A DNA stretch of 32,000 bases from Candidatus Methanoperedens sp. (GCA_041494705.1 JBGQBI010000002.1:240001-272000), one strand, 5' to 3'. Positions 16,949-26,104 are shown, counted from the first letter of the stretch. The notes: a model not told the origin generated them from the letters alone. Translations and numbers: made by a program.

Positions 16949-18046
16949 ATGGCTGGAAATACCTTTGGCACACTGTTTCGAATCACAACATGGGGCGAGA
17001 GCCACGGTCCCGGCGTGGGCGTGGTAATAGACGGATGCCCAGCAGGTATTGCGCTTGATGAAACCGATATCCAGAAGGAGTTAAACCGAAGAAGACCGGG
17101 GCAGAGCGACATAACAACCCAGAGAAAAGAAGAAGATAAAGCAGAGATTTTGTCAGGTATATTCTCAGGAAAAACGACAGGCGCGCCGATATCAATAATG
17201 GTCAAAAACCTGGACGTGGATTCAAGCAAATACGAAAAGCTCAAGAATACCCCGCGCCCGGGACATGCAGACCTTACTTATGAATTAAAATACGGATTAC
17301 GTGACTGGCGCGGCGGGGGCAGGTCGTCAGCGAGGGAAACCATCGGGCGCGTAGCCGCAGGCGCAGTCGCAAAGAAGCTCCTCTTACTTCGAGGTATTGA
17401 AGTTCTCGGTCATGTTATCGAGCTTGGGGGAATTCGTGCAAAACAGGTGAGTATCGAAGATATCAGGGAAAATACGGAAAAAAATCCGGTGAGGTGCGCG
17501 GATATGGAAGCTGCTTTAGAGATGCAGGCTATGATTTACGCTGCAAGAAGCGAAGGGGACAGCGTGGGCGGGATAGTTGAGATAATAGGGACAGGTGTTC
17601 CCGCAGGAGTAGGGGAGCCTGTATTCGATAAGCTCAGCGCCGAGCTCGCCCGCGGATTGATGAGCATTGGCGCTGTAAAAGGTGTCGAGTTCGGGGCAGG
17701 GTTTAAATGTGCGCAGATGAAAGGGAGCCAGATGAACGATGCTATCGGGCTCAGGGATGATAAAATCAGGGCGCTAACCAATAATGCAGGCGGCATCCTT
17801 GGAGGAATCAGTAACGGTGAGCCGATAATATGCAGGATAGCCGTGAAGCCTACGCCTTCCATATCGAAAGAACAGCGTACTGTTGATATGAGCAATATGA
17901 AAGATACAAGAATAAAAATCACAGGGAGACATGACCCCTCAATCCCGCCCCGCATTGTCCCGGTCGCGGAAGCCATGGTGGCGCTCGTGCTTGTTGACCA
18001 GATGATGAGAGGGGGATTTATAAACCCGGTTATCGGAGAAAAATAG
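16949..18046 (+). CDS. aroC: Chorismate synthase
   Basis: [33 protein letters not shown]... is the canonical AroC N-terminus, followed by RPGHAD and [10 protein letters not shown]. Confidence 0.9.
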   Translation: MAGNTFGTLFRITTWGESHGPGVGVVIDGCPAGIALDETDIQKELNRRRPGQSDITTQRKEEDKAEILSGIFSGKTTGAPISIMVKNLDVDSSKYEKLKNTPRPGHADLTYELKYGLRDWRGGGRSSARETIGRVAAGAVAKKLLLLRGIEVLGHVIELGGIRAKQVSIEDIRENTEKNPVRCADMEAALEMQAMIYAARSEGDSVGGIVEIIGTGVPAGVGEPVFDKLSAELARGLMSIGAVKGVEFGAGFKCAQMKGSQMNDAIGLRDDKIRALTNNAGGILGGISNGEPIICRIAVKPTPSISKEQRTVDMSNMKDTRIKITGRHDPSIPPRIVPVAEAMVALVLVDQMMRGGFINPVIGEK

Positions 18047-18051
18047 AAATT

Positions 18052-19665
18052 ATGAAATTCAATCCTGACGAAATTAAAGAAGCAACAAAGGCTGACTTTG
18101 ACGCAGCCTGGAATGCAGGGGAAAAATACGTTTCCAGTCCGGGAATTAATGAAAAATACCCGCGTGCTTCGTTGAAATACGGTAAACCGCATCCTGTTTT
18201 TGACACCATCCAGCGCCTTCGCGATGCCTATATGCGCCTCGGTTTTCTGGAGTTCATGAACCCAATCATCGTAGAGGACAGGGATATCCACAAACAATTC
18301 GGATACGAGGCACTTGCAGTCCTTGACCGCTGCTTCTACGTCGGCGGGCTTCCAAGACCGAATGTCGGGATATCGGATGAAAGGATAGAAGAAATAAAAA
18401 CCATCCTGGGTGACATCACAGGCGAAGGAATCGAGAAGATAAGGCAGATACTCCATTCTTACAAAAAAGGTGAAATAGAAGGGGATGACCTTGTGCCTGA
18501 GATAGCATCGGAACTGAAGGTCCCGGATTCAAAAGTTGCTGTGATGATAGACCATGTATTCCCTGAGTTCAAATCCCTTATTCCCGTGTGCTCCCAGAAT
18601 ACCCTGAGAAGCCACATGACCTCCGGCTGGTTCGTAAGCCTTGGGGAAATGATCGATTATCGAAAAACGCCCCTTAAGCTCTTTTCCGTGGACAGGTGCT
18701 TCCGCCGCGAGCAGGCAGAGGATGCCACGCGCCTTATGGCTTATTATTCGGCATCCTGCGTCATAATGGATGAGAGCGTGAGCGTGGATGATGGGAAAGC
18801 TGTGGCTGCGGGGCTTTTGAGCCAATTTGGTTTTTCTAATTTCACCTTCAGGCCGGATGAGAAAAGGAGCAAGTATTACGTTCCTGATACGCAGACCGAG
18901 GTCTTTGCATACCACCCGAAACTTGTGGGTTCAAAGACAAAATACAAGGACGGCTGGGTGGAAGTTGCCACTTTCGGGATATATTCGCCCTCCGCGCTTT
19001 CGCAGTACAATATCCCTTACCCTGTTATGAACCTGGGTATGGGTGTTGAGCGGCTTGCGATGATACTGCACGACTCAACAGATGTTCGCGCACTCACGTA
19101 TCCGCAGTTCCAGTATAAGACCGGCTGGGTTATGTCCGACAGCGAAATTGCCGCCATGATTTATGTCGAGGATGCGCCCGCGACAGATACCGGAAAGGAG
19201 ATTCAGGACGCCATTGTAAAGACATGCGAGCAGTACGGGAATACGCCGAGCCCCTGCGAGTTCACTGCATGGGATGGACAGTTATTTGATAAGGATATCA
19301 GGGTCAAGGTCATTGAGCCTGAGGAAAATACGAAGCTTTGCGGCCCAGCCGCGATGAATGAGATTATTTCCCACAAAAATGATATCCTTGGGCTGCCGAG
19401 GACATCGAGATGGGATGAGGCATTCAAGAACGGCGTAACTTCGGGTATCCGGTATATCGATGCTTTCGCTGCGCGCTCTGCTAAAGATATAGAGGATGCC
19501 GTAAAGAATGGCAGCGGTTCTGAAACGAGAGTAAGGATAATCAAAGTGCCGTCCGAGATAAATATCAGGATTGACCCGATAGCCCAGCGGTATATAACCG
19601 GCAACAAGAAAAAGATTGATACGAGAGGGCCTGTTTTTACGACTGTGAGAATGGAAATATTATGA
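18052..19665 (+). CDS. sepS: O-phosphoserine--tRNA(Cys) ligase (SepRS)
   Basis: 537 aa. Long stretches match remembered Methanosarcina SepRS, including LRSHMTSGWF, FSVDRCFRREQ, YYSASCVIMDE, RPDEKRSKYYVPDTQTEVFAYHPKLVGS and VMNLGMGVERLAMILHD. Confidence 0.9.
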   Translation: MKFNPDEIKEATKADFDAAWNAGEKYVSSPGINEKYPRASLKYGKPHPVFDTIQRLRDAYMRLGFLEFMNPIIVEDRDIHKQFGYEALAVLDRCFYVGGLPRPNVGISDERIEEIKTILGDITGEGIEKIRQILHSYKKGEIEGDDLVPEIASELKVPDSKVAVMIDHVFPEFKSLIPVCSQNTLRSHMTSGWFVSLGEMIDYRKTPLKLFSVDRCFRREQAEDATRLMAYYSASCVIMDESVSVDDGKAVAAGLLSQFGFSNFTFRPDEKRSKYYVPDTQTEVFAYHPKLVGSKTKYKDGWVEVATFGIYSPSALSQYNIPYPVMNLGMGVERLAMILHDSTDVRALTYPQFQYKTGWVMSDSEIAAMIYVEDAPATDTGKEIQDAIVKTCEQYGNTPSPCEFTAWDGQLFDKDIRVKVIEPEENTKLCGPAAMNEIISHKNDILGLPRTSRWDEAFKNGVTSGIRYIDAFAARSAKDIEDAVKNGSGSETRVRIIKVPSEINIRIDPIAQRYITGNKKKIDTRGPVFTTVRMEIL

Positions 19666-20525
19666 AGCAATCAGGATACGCCTGCGCATACGGGGCAGGC
19701 ACGATAATCAACGCAATCGCCACATGGAAAGGAGCAGCGTTTGGCATTGACTTGAAAACAGAAGCGGAAGTTATACTGACGGATGATAAAAAAATTCATG
19801 GGTATATCGAAGAAGGCGGAGACACAACACTTATCGAGCGATGCGTAGAGCTAACTCTTGAGCGCTTTGGCTCAACATCTGGTGCAAAAGTTGCGACAAA
19901 AAGCCAGATTCCAATAGCAAGCGGGCTTAAGAGTTCAAGCGCGGCTGCCAATGCCACGGTGCTTGCGACACTTGATGCGCTGGGTGAAAAACTTCCACCA
20001 CTTGAGGCTGTTAAAATAGGCGTCCGTGCGGCGCTGGATGCAAAAGTAACAATTACGGGCGCCTTCGATGATGCCTGCGCTTCCATGCTTGGCGGGTTTG
20101 TGATTACTGACAATAAGAAAATGGAGCTTATCAGCAGGGTGGAGCGCGACTCGGATGTGCTTATCCTTGTGCCCGAAAAAAAAGTATTTAGCTCTGCAAC
20201 CAACGTGGGGCGCTCAAGGCTCATAGGAAAATGGGTTGAGCTTGCGTATAAGGAAGCCCTTGCCGGGAATTTCGAAAAAGCCATGACGCTTAACGGATTC
20301 CTCTACTGCGCCGCGCTTGGCTTCAGCACAGAGCCCATGATGGCGGCGCTTGAGGTGGGAATCGAGGGCGTGAGCCTGTCAGGTACGGGGCCGGCTTATA
20401 CCGCGCTTGGAAGCCCGGAACTTCTTGATAAGCTTGAGCCCGTGTGGGGCAGGATGGGCGGAAAAGTGATAAGGACTAAGGTAATAAATACGGGGACTGA
20501 TATAGGTGGAAAAACATGCCGCTAA
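19662..20525 (+). CDS. aroK: Archaeal (GHMP-kinase type) shikimate kinase
   Basis: GYACAYGAGTIINAIATWKGAAFGIDL and the GHMP motif PIASGLKSSSAAANA. The ATG overlaps the sepS stop (ATGA). Confidence 0.8.
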   Translation: MKQSGYACAYGAGTIINAIATWKGAAFGIDLKTEAEVILTDDKKIHGYIEEGGDTTLIERCVELTLERFGSTSGAKVATKSQIPIASGLKSSSAAANATVLATLDALGEKLPPLEAVKIGVRAALDAKVTITGAFDDACASMLGGFVITDNKKMELISRVERDSDVLILVPEKKVFSSATNVGRSRLIGKWVELAYKEALAGNFEKAMTLNGFLYCAALGFSTEPMMAALEVGIEGVSLSGTGPAYTALGSPELLDKLEPVWGRMGGKVIRTKVINTGTDIGGKTCR

Positions 20526-20800
20526 AAGAGATAAGAGCGAAAATAGAGAAGCTTGATACGCATATACTTAACCTTATCGAGCAGAGGACGGCGCTTGCCA
20601 GGGATGTGCTTGAGGCGAAGAGAGCAGCAGGAATGCCGATTAATGATGTGGAGCAGAATAAGGTGGTGCTGGACAGGGTGGCGAATGCGGCGACGGAGAG
20701 AGGGCTTGATGGGGAAGAGGTCAAGAGGATTTTTGAGATATTGATCAAGATGAATATCGAGCGGCAGCATGAGTTGAGCGGGGAAGGGAATCTGCCGTGA
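20516..20800 (+). CDS. Chorismate mutase, AroQ class
   Basis: LKEIRAKIEKLDTHILNLIEQRTALARDVLEAKR is the classic AroQ helix 1. 94 aa. Overlaps the aroK end by 10 nt. Confidence 0.8.
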   Translation: MPLKEIRAKIEKLDTHILNLIEQRTALARDVLEAKRAAGMPINDVEQNKVVLDRVANAATERGLDGEEVKRIFEILIKMNIERQHELSGEGNLP

Positions 20801-20937
20801 GGTGTAAAAATCATTTGTGGGCTCCGGGCTGTTATCACGGTTCGCAGGGCTGGGAAGTGTTGGAGAAATGCATTTCCACGCAGAATTGCGCTGCTGATAT
20901 GGCTCCAATTTACGATTATTTAAGGACTTGACTTTAG

Positions 20938-21510
20938 TTAACTTGGAATCTTATGAAGCAGGTAAGTTGCCTGAGAAATTCCCATAAGTTCTACCATAGT
21001 AAGCGTTACATCTGGTAGCTCTGTCAGATTTGAAGATCTAGATTTAATTAATAAGACAATATAAATTGCCAGGGAAATAACAGTCCATACTAACATCTGG
21101 AATTTTCCTATACTTAAGCGATTTTCAAAACCTGTTTCTTCTTCAGAAACTATGTCAATAAAAGCGGGAGATATTTGTTCACCCTCCGTTGCCACCGCTA
21201 CTGTTTTTTGGTCAATTTTGTTGCTTTTAATAACTTGTGATGCCACTGCTGATCCCAAACTAACTCCCATTAATGCTAATAGGTTATCTGGAACTCCAAT
21301 AAATTTGGCTGTTTCAGCGGCTATACCTATGTATGCCGCTCCGATAAGAAAAGTCCATGCAAGCGCTTGTAATCGCGACAGGCTATACTTCCCTCTTTCA
21401 TCGACAATCAGACCTAAAAATCCCAGTTTTTTACTATGTCCTATCATTGCAAGAATAAGACTAAAAATTAATATGTAAATTATGACGGCTACAATCGATA
21501 CCATATTCAT
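20938..21510 (-). CDS. 4-TM membrane protein with internally duplicated 2-TM module, unknown function, AT-rich
   Basis: KYSLSRLQALAWTFLIGAAYI and RLSIGKFQMLVWTVISLAIYI are clear internal repeats, each preceding a TM helix. Confidence 0.55.
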   Translation of the reverse strand: MNMVSIVAVIIYILIFSLILAMIGHSKKLGFLGLIVDERGKYSLSRLQALAWTFLIGAAYIGIAAETAKFIGVPDNLLALMGVSLGSAVASQVIKSNKIDQKTVAVATEGEQISPAFIDIVSEEETGFENRLSIGKFQMLVWTVISLAIYIVLLIKSRSSNLTELPDVTLTMVELMGISQATYLLHKIPS

Positions 21511-21759
21511 CCTCCTAATTTATGGAGGAAGTTTAAAGTATTTAATTGTTTTGGGTAATCGCGATAAATAATAACCTGAATAAAGGGACTAAGATACTTG
21601 AAGAGTGTAAGCGGTTGGGGAAAGATATTGCTAACAAACTGAAAAAGGCGTGCAAAGAGACGATTTTGACATTATATTGAGAAGAATGATGTATCCTGAA
21701 TAATTTAAATCAGTCTCCAAATTTTGACGGTCAATCATCGTATATGAGCCAAGACGGAG

Positions 21760-21830
21760 CCATCAAAGCAGAATCATGAGGACTGCCCCCCGCCCTAAAG
21801 GGAACACGCAAAAGCGAACGTGCGCCTACC
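21760..21830. repeat. Conserved non-coding element, copy 2 of 2 (see 2963-3030)
   Basis: CCATCAAAGCAGAATCATGAGGACTGCCCCCCGCCCTAAAGGGAACACGCAAAAGCGAACGTGCGCCTACC aligns with copy 1. Confidence 0.7.
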
Positions 21831-21905
21831 CGTGAGAACAGCACTCAATAGCAATCCAATTTTCTATAGCCTTCATCCGGTTCATCTCGCAGATAATATT
21901 AACAC

Positions 21906-21919
21906 CGAAGCTTTTAAAT
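21906..21919 (+). promoter_or_regulatory. BRE/TATA-like box for tRNA-Thr
   Basis: CGAAGC-TTTTAAAT is centred about 39 nt upstream of the mature tRNA 5' end. That fits a TSS about 12 nt upstream of the tRNA. Confidence 0.4.
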
Positions 21920-21954
21920 GTAATTCCATCCTTAAAAGCGAAAGCCTTCCCCAT

Positions 21955-22028
21955 GCCTCGGTGGCTCAGCCTGGCAGAGCGAGAGATTTGTAATCTCTAG
22001 GTCGAGGGTTCAAATCCCTCCCGGGGCT
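21955..22028 (+). tRNA. tRNA-Thr (anticodon UGU), no encoded CCA
   Basis: Folded by hand. The acceptor stem GCCTCGG/CCGGGGC has one G-U pair. The D stem is GCTC/GAGC. The anticodon stem is AGAGA/TCTCT with loop TT-TGT-AA. The T stem is GAGGG/CCCTC with loop TTCAAAT. The discriminator is T. Confidence 0.9.
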
Positions 22029-22566
22029 TCCTTAAAGCATCCTCATAGGTTTGCAGGTCATGCAGGCTGTGGAGGATAAACCTGACCTCCTCAATCCCTG
22101 TATTTTTTCCAAGAAATCCTTCAACTGTTTTGATTGCGACCCTGCTTGCTTTCTCTACCGGGTACCCATAAGCTCCTGTGCTGATGGACGGGAAGGAAAT
22201 CGTCTTTACTCCCATCTTCAGGGCAAGAGCGAGGCTGTTCCTGTAAGCTTCTGCAAGAAGTTCAGGTTCCCGATTATTTCCCCCGCCCCATATCGGTCCG
22301 ACTGTATGAATAACTTTTTTCGCTTTAAGTTGTCCTCCGGATGTCGCAACTGCTCTCCCGGTTGGAAGCCCCTCAGGATATAATGTCTGCCTGATGAACA
22401 TACATTCTTTAAATATTTCCGCTCCGCCTTTCCTGTGTATTGCGCCGTCCACTCCCCCGCCGCCCATCAGGCTGGGATTGGCCGCATTGACTATGGCGTC
22501 GGTTTCCTGTTCTGTGATGTCGCCCAATATTAGGGTTATCCTGGCAGTTCCGATGTTGGCTTCCAT
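21997..22566 (-). CDS. Macro-domain protein (ADP-ribose / O-acetyl-ADP-ribose hydrolase type)
   Basis: IVNAANPSLMGGGGVDGAIHRKGG is the canonical macro motif, followed by ISTGAYGYP. The last ~10 codons (PREGFEPST) are encoded antisense to the tRNA. Confidence 0.9.
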   Translation of the reverse strand: MEANIGTARITLILGDITEQETDAIVNAANPSLMGGGGVDGAIHRKGGAEIFKECMFIRQTLYPEGLPTGRAVATSGGQLKAKKVIHTVGPIWGGGNNREPELLAEAYRNSLALALKMGVKTISFPSISTGAYGYPVEKASRVAIKTVEGFLGKNTGIEEVRFILHSLHDLQTYEDALRKPREGFEPST

Positions 22567-23168
22567 TATTTACTTAAAAATTCCTTAATCACAATTTCAA
22601 CTTCCTGTGCTACAATTTCAAGTTCTCTTCCTGCATCTATAATTACAAACCTGTGCGGTTCACTCCTAGCAAGTTTCAAAAAATTATCCTGCACGGTTTT
22701 CAGGAACCCGATTTTTTCAAATTTCGTGTGGCTGCCCCGGATGCCGCACCGTGTAACCGCAACAGCCGGGTCGATAGTAAAGAGAATTGTCAAATCAGGA
22801 ACAATCGTCCAGCCTTTATGGACGCTCTCCACCCGTTCCATTGCGTCATCGAAGATATGCGAAAGTGTAGCTCCCTGATATGCGTATCTGCTGTCAGAAT
22901 ACCGGTCAGATATTACAATCTTTCCATCTTCGATAGCAGGCCGGATTACTTTTGCTATATGCTCTGCGTGGTCTGCCATGAATAAAAACAGCTCTGCGAG
23001 AGGGTCTGCCTCGGATTCAATCGATTTTTTTACGGCTTTCCCAATCCAGCTCCTGGTGGGTTCCATTGTAAAAACAGCATCAGGGAATGTGGTTTTTAGT
23101 CTCTTTACAATACTGGATTTTCCTGTCCCGTCTATCCCTTCAAGTGTGATTAATTTTCCTTTTGGCAT
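22566..23168 (-). CDS. tmk: Thymidylate kinase
   Basis: P-loop LEGIDGTGKSS, then DRY(S)DSRYAYQG. 200 aa. Confidence 0.9.
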   Translation of the reverse strand: MPKGKLITLEGIDGTGKSSIVKRLKTTFPDAVFTMEPTRSWIGKAVKKSIESEADPLAELFLFMADHAEHIAKVIRPAIEDGKIVISDRYSDSRYAYQGATLSHIFDDAMERVESVHKGWTIVPDLTILFTIDPAVAVTRCGIRGSHTKFEKIGFLKTVQDNFLKLARSEPHRFVIIDAGRELEIVAQEVEIVIKEFLSK

Positions 23169-23336
23169 TCAGGCTATATAAAGATGTTTTAATGAAAAAG
23201 CTTATCCATTTTATCTGGAAAAAATTGCACAATTACAAATAGACATGCATAAAGCTAACAAAATCGAATCAAAAGAGAAAAACATAAAGATAAGAATCAC
23301 CAATAACATTTTGACATGAAATAAGGAGATTGAAAC

Positions 23337-23966
23337 ATGGGACTAAAAGAATGGATAATTCCACAGGATAAACATTTTTTTAATATGCTTGAAAACGAGT
23401 CGCAAAACGTGCTTGACGGTTCGATTGCATTCCTTGATATGCTAAAAAACTATGAAAATATCAAAGAAAAACAACAAACAATAAAGGACATCGAACATCA
23501 GGGTGACGATTTCGTCCATGAGATTTTTGAAGAACTCAACAAGACCTTCATAACTCCCATAGACCACGAAGACATATCTGCGCTTGCATCTGCGTTTGAC
23601 GATGTCCTGGATTATATCGACGGCACTGCTGCGCGCCTTGTCCTGTATGAAATCAAAAAACCCGAAGAGAATATGATAAAATTAGCTGAAGTGCTTGTGA
23701 CGCAGGCGACAGAATTGAACCATGCTTTAAAGGGTCTTCGTAATATCAAAAGCCCGAAAGAGATCGAAACAAGATGCATCGAGGTCAACAGGCTTGAAAA
23801 TGTTGCCGATGATATCTATAAAAATTCCGTTGCCCAGCTTTTCAAAAGAAACGATGCGATAGAGATAATGAAACTGAAAGAGGTATATGAGCGCCTTGAA
23901 TTTGCAACCGATAAGTGTGAGGACGCTGCAAACGTCATCAGCGACATCGTTGTGAAAAATAGCTAA
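23337..23966 (+). CDS. DUF47 / PhoU-like phosphate transport regulator family protein
   Basis: About 209 aa and helical, with HQGDDFVHEIFEEL and ENVADDIYK motifs. The position directly upstream of a PiT transporter is the standard pairing. Confidence 0.8.
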   Translation: MGLKEWIIPQDKHFFNMLENESQNVLDGSIAFLDMLKNYENIKEKQQTIKDIEHQGDDFVHEIFEELNKTFITPIDHEDISALASAFDDVLDYIDGTAARLVLYEIKKPEENMIKLAEVLVTQATELNHALKGLRNIKSPKEIETRCIEVNRLENVADDIYKNSVAQLFKRNDAIEIMKLKEVYERLEFATDKCEDAANVISDIVVKNS

Positions 23967-23977
23967 GAGGAGTTACT

Positions 23978-24979
23978 TTGGATTCTTTCGTGATAATCAC
24001 CATTTTACTTGCCCTGTTCTTTGATTTCATCAACGGGTTCCATGATTCCGCAAATGCTATCGCTACGGTTGTAGCCACAAAAGTTCTTTCGCCGATAAAA
24101 GCAGTATCAATGGCGGCTGTTTTTAACCTTGTCGGCCCGTTCGTTTTGGGCACCGCAATTGCAACGATGATTGGAAAAGGTGTTATTGATACAAGCATTG
24201 TCACGGTTAACCTGATATTTGCTGCGCTTGTCGGGGCTGTAGTATGGGATTTAGTCACATGGTACCTGGGTCTTCCGACATCGAGCAGCCATGCCCTTGT
24301 TGGCGGGCTCATCGGCGCAGCGATAGCGGCCGCAGGGATAAGTTCCATACACTCATCAGGAGTCGAAACAATCGTGCTGTTCATGGTCGTCTCGCCTATA
24401 ATTGGCATGATAATCGGGTTTTTATTCGCTCTTATGATAATGAGGGCTTTTCGTAAATCGCATCCTACAAAGATTAACAACTATTTTCGAAGGCTTCAGC
24501 TTTTTTCAGCAGCATTTTATTCCCTGACACACGGAACCAATGACGCACAAAAAACAATGGGAATCATTGCACTTCTCCTTATCACTGCAGGTGTTTCCGC
24601 CCCAGGAAGCCCGGATACACTCCCTATTCCGCCCTGGGTTATTATTTCATGTGCTGCTGCCATTGGTCTTGGCACTTTTTTCGGGGGATGGAAAATTGTA
24701 AAGACCATGGCGCAAAGAGTGACGCGCCTTCGCCCATATCAGGGGTTCGCAGCAGAAACTTCAAGCGGTCTTGTACTTGCTTTCATGGCCCACTGGGGAA
24801 TTCCCGTGAGCACCACGCATGTGATATCCTCCTCGATAATGGGCGTCGGGGCAACCAATAAGCTTTCTGCTGTGAGGTGGGGGATTGCCCGGAAGATTGT
24901 CGGGGCATGGATTCTTACAATCCCTGCGGCAGCGCTTATTTCTGCATCCACTTATTTAATAATGAAAACCTTTTTTTGA
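23978..24979 (+). CDS. PiT-family inorganic phosphate transporter
   Basis: Duplicated PiT signatures FDFINGFHDSANAIATVV and HGTNDAQKTMG. The TTG start is preceded by GAGGAG at a spacing of 5 nt. Confidence 0.9.
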   Translation: MDSFVIITILLALFFDFINGFHDSANAIATVVATKVLSPIKAVSMAAVFNLVGPFVLGTAIATMIGKGVIDTSIVTVNLIFAALVGAVVWDLVTWYLGLPTSSSHALVGGLIGAAIAAAGISSIHSSGVETIVLFMVVSPIIGMIIGFLFALMIMRAFRKSHPTKINNYFRRLQLFSAAFYSLTHGTNDAQKTMGIIALLLITAGVSAPGSPDTLPIPPWVIISCAAAIGLGTFFGGWKIVKTMAQRVTRLRPYQGFAAETSSGLVLAFMAHWGIPVSTTHVISSSIMGVGATNKLSAVRWGIARKIVGAWILTIPAAALISASTYLIMKTFF

Positions 24980-25024
24980 TTTTTAGAAAAGTATTACTAG
25001 TTTTAAAAAGATAACAGAAGCATA

Positions 25025-25318
25025 ATGTTAAAGGATAAGACCAAGCTTGTCATCTGGCCGGTGTATCTGGATGCAACCAAATCAAGGGCTGAGGGCAGGA
25101 TTCTTTCCATGAAAGATTCCGTGAAATCCCCTGTTTTAAAAGAGATTGAGAGAGCGGCTTCGGAATTGAACTTGACCCCGGTCGTTGAAGCGGATAAAGC
25201 ACACCCAAAGTCGTGGTGGGTGGTGAGCGGCAGGGTGCTCGTGGATAAAAAAGGTCCTAAATCAATTATAGTAAAACAGATTGCCCAGAAGATAAATAAA
25301 ACACGGGGACCAAAATGA
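25025..25318 (+). CDS. srp19: Signal recognition particle protein SRP19
   Basis: VIWPVYLDATKSRAEGR...PKSWW is the conserved archaeal SRP19 pattern. 97 aa. Confidence 0.85.
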   Translation: MLKDKTKLVIWPVYLDATKSRAEGRILSMKDSVKSPVLKEIERAASELNLTPVVEADKAHPKSWWVVSGRVLVDKKGPKSIIVKQIAQKINKTRGPK

Positions 25319-25959
25319 TAGACCTGCATACACATTCAACGTTCAGCGACGGTGAATTGATACCGAGTGAACTCGTGCGCAGAGCTGTTTTTCAGGGTTA
25401 TACTGCAATAGCAATAACCGACCATGCCGATTTCACAAACATTGAGCATATCCTGTCGTGCGTGAAAAAAGTCAAATCTCTGGAAGACGATTACGATATC
25501 AAAATCTTTTCAGGTGTGGAATTGACCCATGTTCCGCCAGGAAAATTGCCGTCTCTTGTTGAAATGGCGCGTAAACTCGGGGCTGAAATAGTGGTAGTTC
25601 ACGGTGAGACCACGGTCGAACCTGTACCGCCGGGCACCAATCACATGGCAGTGTCGCTGGATATTGATATCCTGGCTCACCCCGGTCTTATAACCATCGA
25701 GGATGCTGAACTTGCAAGAGAGAACGGGATAGCGCTTGAGATAACCTCACGCAACGGGCACAACCGCACCAACGGTCATGTGGTGAGAATTGCAAATGAA
25801 ACAGGGGCGACATTGATTGTCGATACAGATTCGCATGCGCCGCAAGACCTGCTTTCAGATGAAACCGCCTTCACGATTGCATTGGGCGCGGGTCTTGATG
25901 AAAAAGGCGCAAAAAAAGCAACGGGCGCAAATCCGTTAAATTTGATAAAAAGACTTTAG
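25315..25959 (+). CDS. PHP-domain metal-dependent phosphoesterase (histidinol-phosphatase-like)
   Basis: IDLHTHSTFSDG, ITDHAD and VVHGE are PHP motifs. The start overlaps the srp19 stop (ATGA). Confidence 0.75.
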   Translation: MIDLHTHSTFSDGELIPSELVRRAVFQGYTAIAITDHADFTNIEHILSCVKKVKSLEDDYDIKIFSGVELTHVPPGKLPSLVEMARKLGAEIVVVHGETTVEPVPPGTNHMAVSLDIDILAHPGLITIEDAELARENGIALEITSRNGHNRTNGHVVRIANETGATLIVDTDSHAPQDLLSDETAFTIALGAGLDEKGAKKATGANPLNLIKRL

Positions 25960-26000
25960 TGCTAATTGCTCAGGCTTAGAGCTAGTTTTTATCTCTGATA

Positions 26001-26031
26001 CTTCGCGTTCTTTGTGTCTTTACGGCGTGAG
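26001..26031. repeat. Degenerate single arm of the CTTTGCG family
   Basis: CTTCGCGTTCTTTGTGTCTTTACGGCGTGAG compares with the reverse complement of 3833-3859, CTTTGCGTTCTTTGCGTCTTTGCGGTG. It lies 41 nt after the PHP gene stop. Confidence 0.55.
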
Positions 26032-26104
26032 ATAAAAAATGGAAATAACAACGATTAAAACGAACTAAAAAGCCTGATGGCAGTTCTGGAAATGAGGTTA
26101 CAAA

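Noticed and set aside
16906-17244. N-terminal 113-codon extension of the ferredoxin ORF (the track gives 181 aa)
   Set aside because: The extension overlaps aroC antisense and is low complexity. The 68-aa C-terminal part, starting at MIEIFVDDEKC, is a complete two-cluster ferredoxin.
17536-18456. 306-aa minus-strand ORF spanning the aroC/sepS junction. Similar long antisense ORFs occur at 3886-4488, 5927-6502, 13692-14336, 19203-19670 and 19796-20284.
   Set aside because: All are antisense to genes with unmistakable family motifs. The translations are Ser/Pro/Ile-rich low-complexity strings typical of frame -1 shadows. None has an SD or TATA context.
20801-20937. Moderately GC-rich 137-nt spacer after chorismate mutase as a possible ncRNA
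   Set aside because: I could not find a convincing stem-loop architecture or known RNA motif by eye. The minus-strand ORF covering it (20522-20908) is antisense to chorismate mutase.
20905-22028. The islet next to tRNA-Thr as a classical tRNA-integrated genomic island
   Set aside because: No integrase is present. I could find no direct repeat of a tRNA segment (att site). The AT-rich DNA lies on the 5' side of the tRNA, not at its 3' end. It is kept only as a decayed accessory insertion hypothesis.
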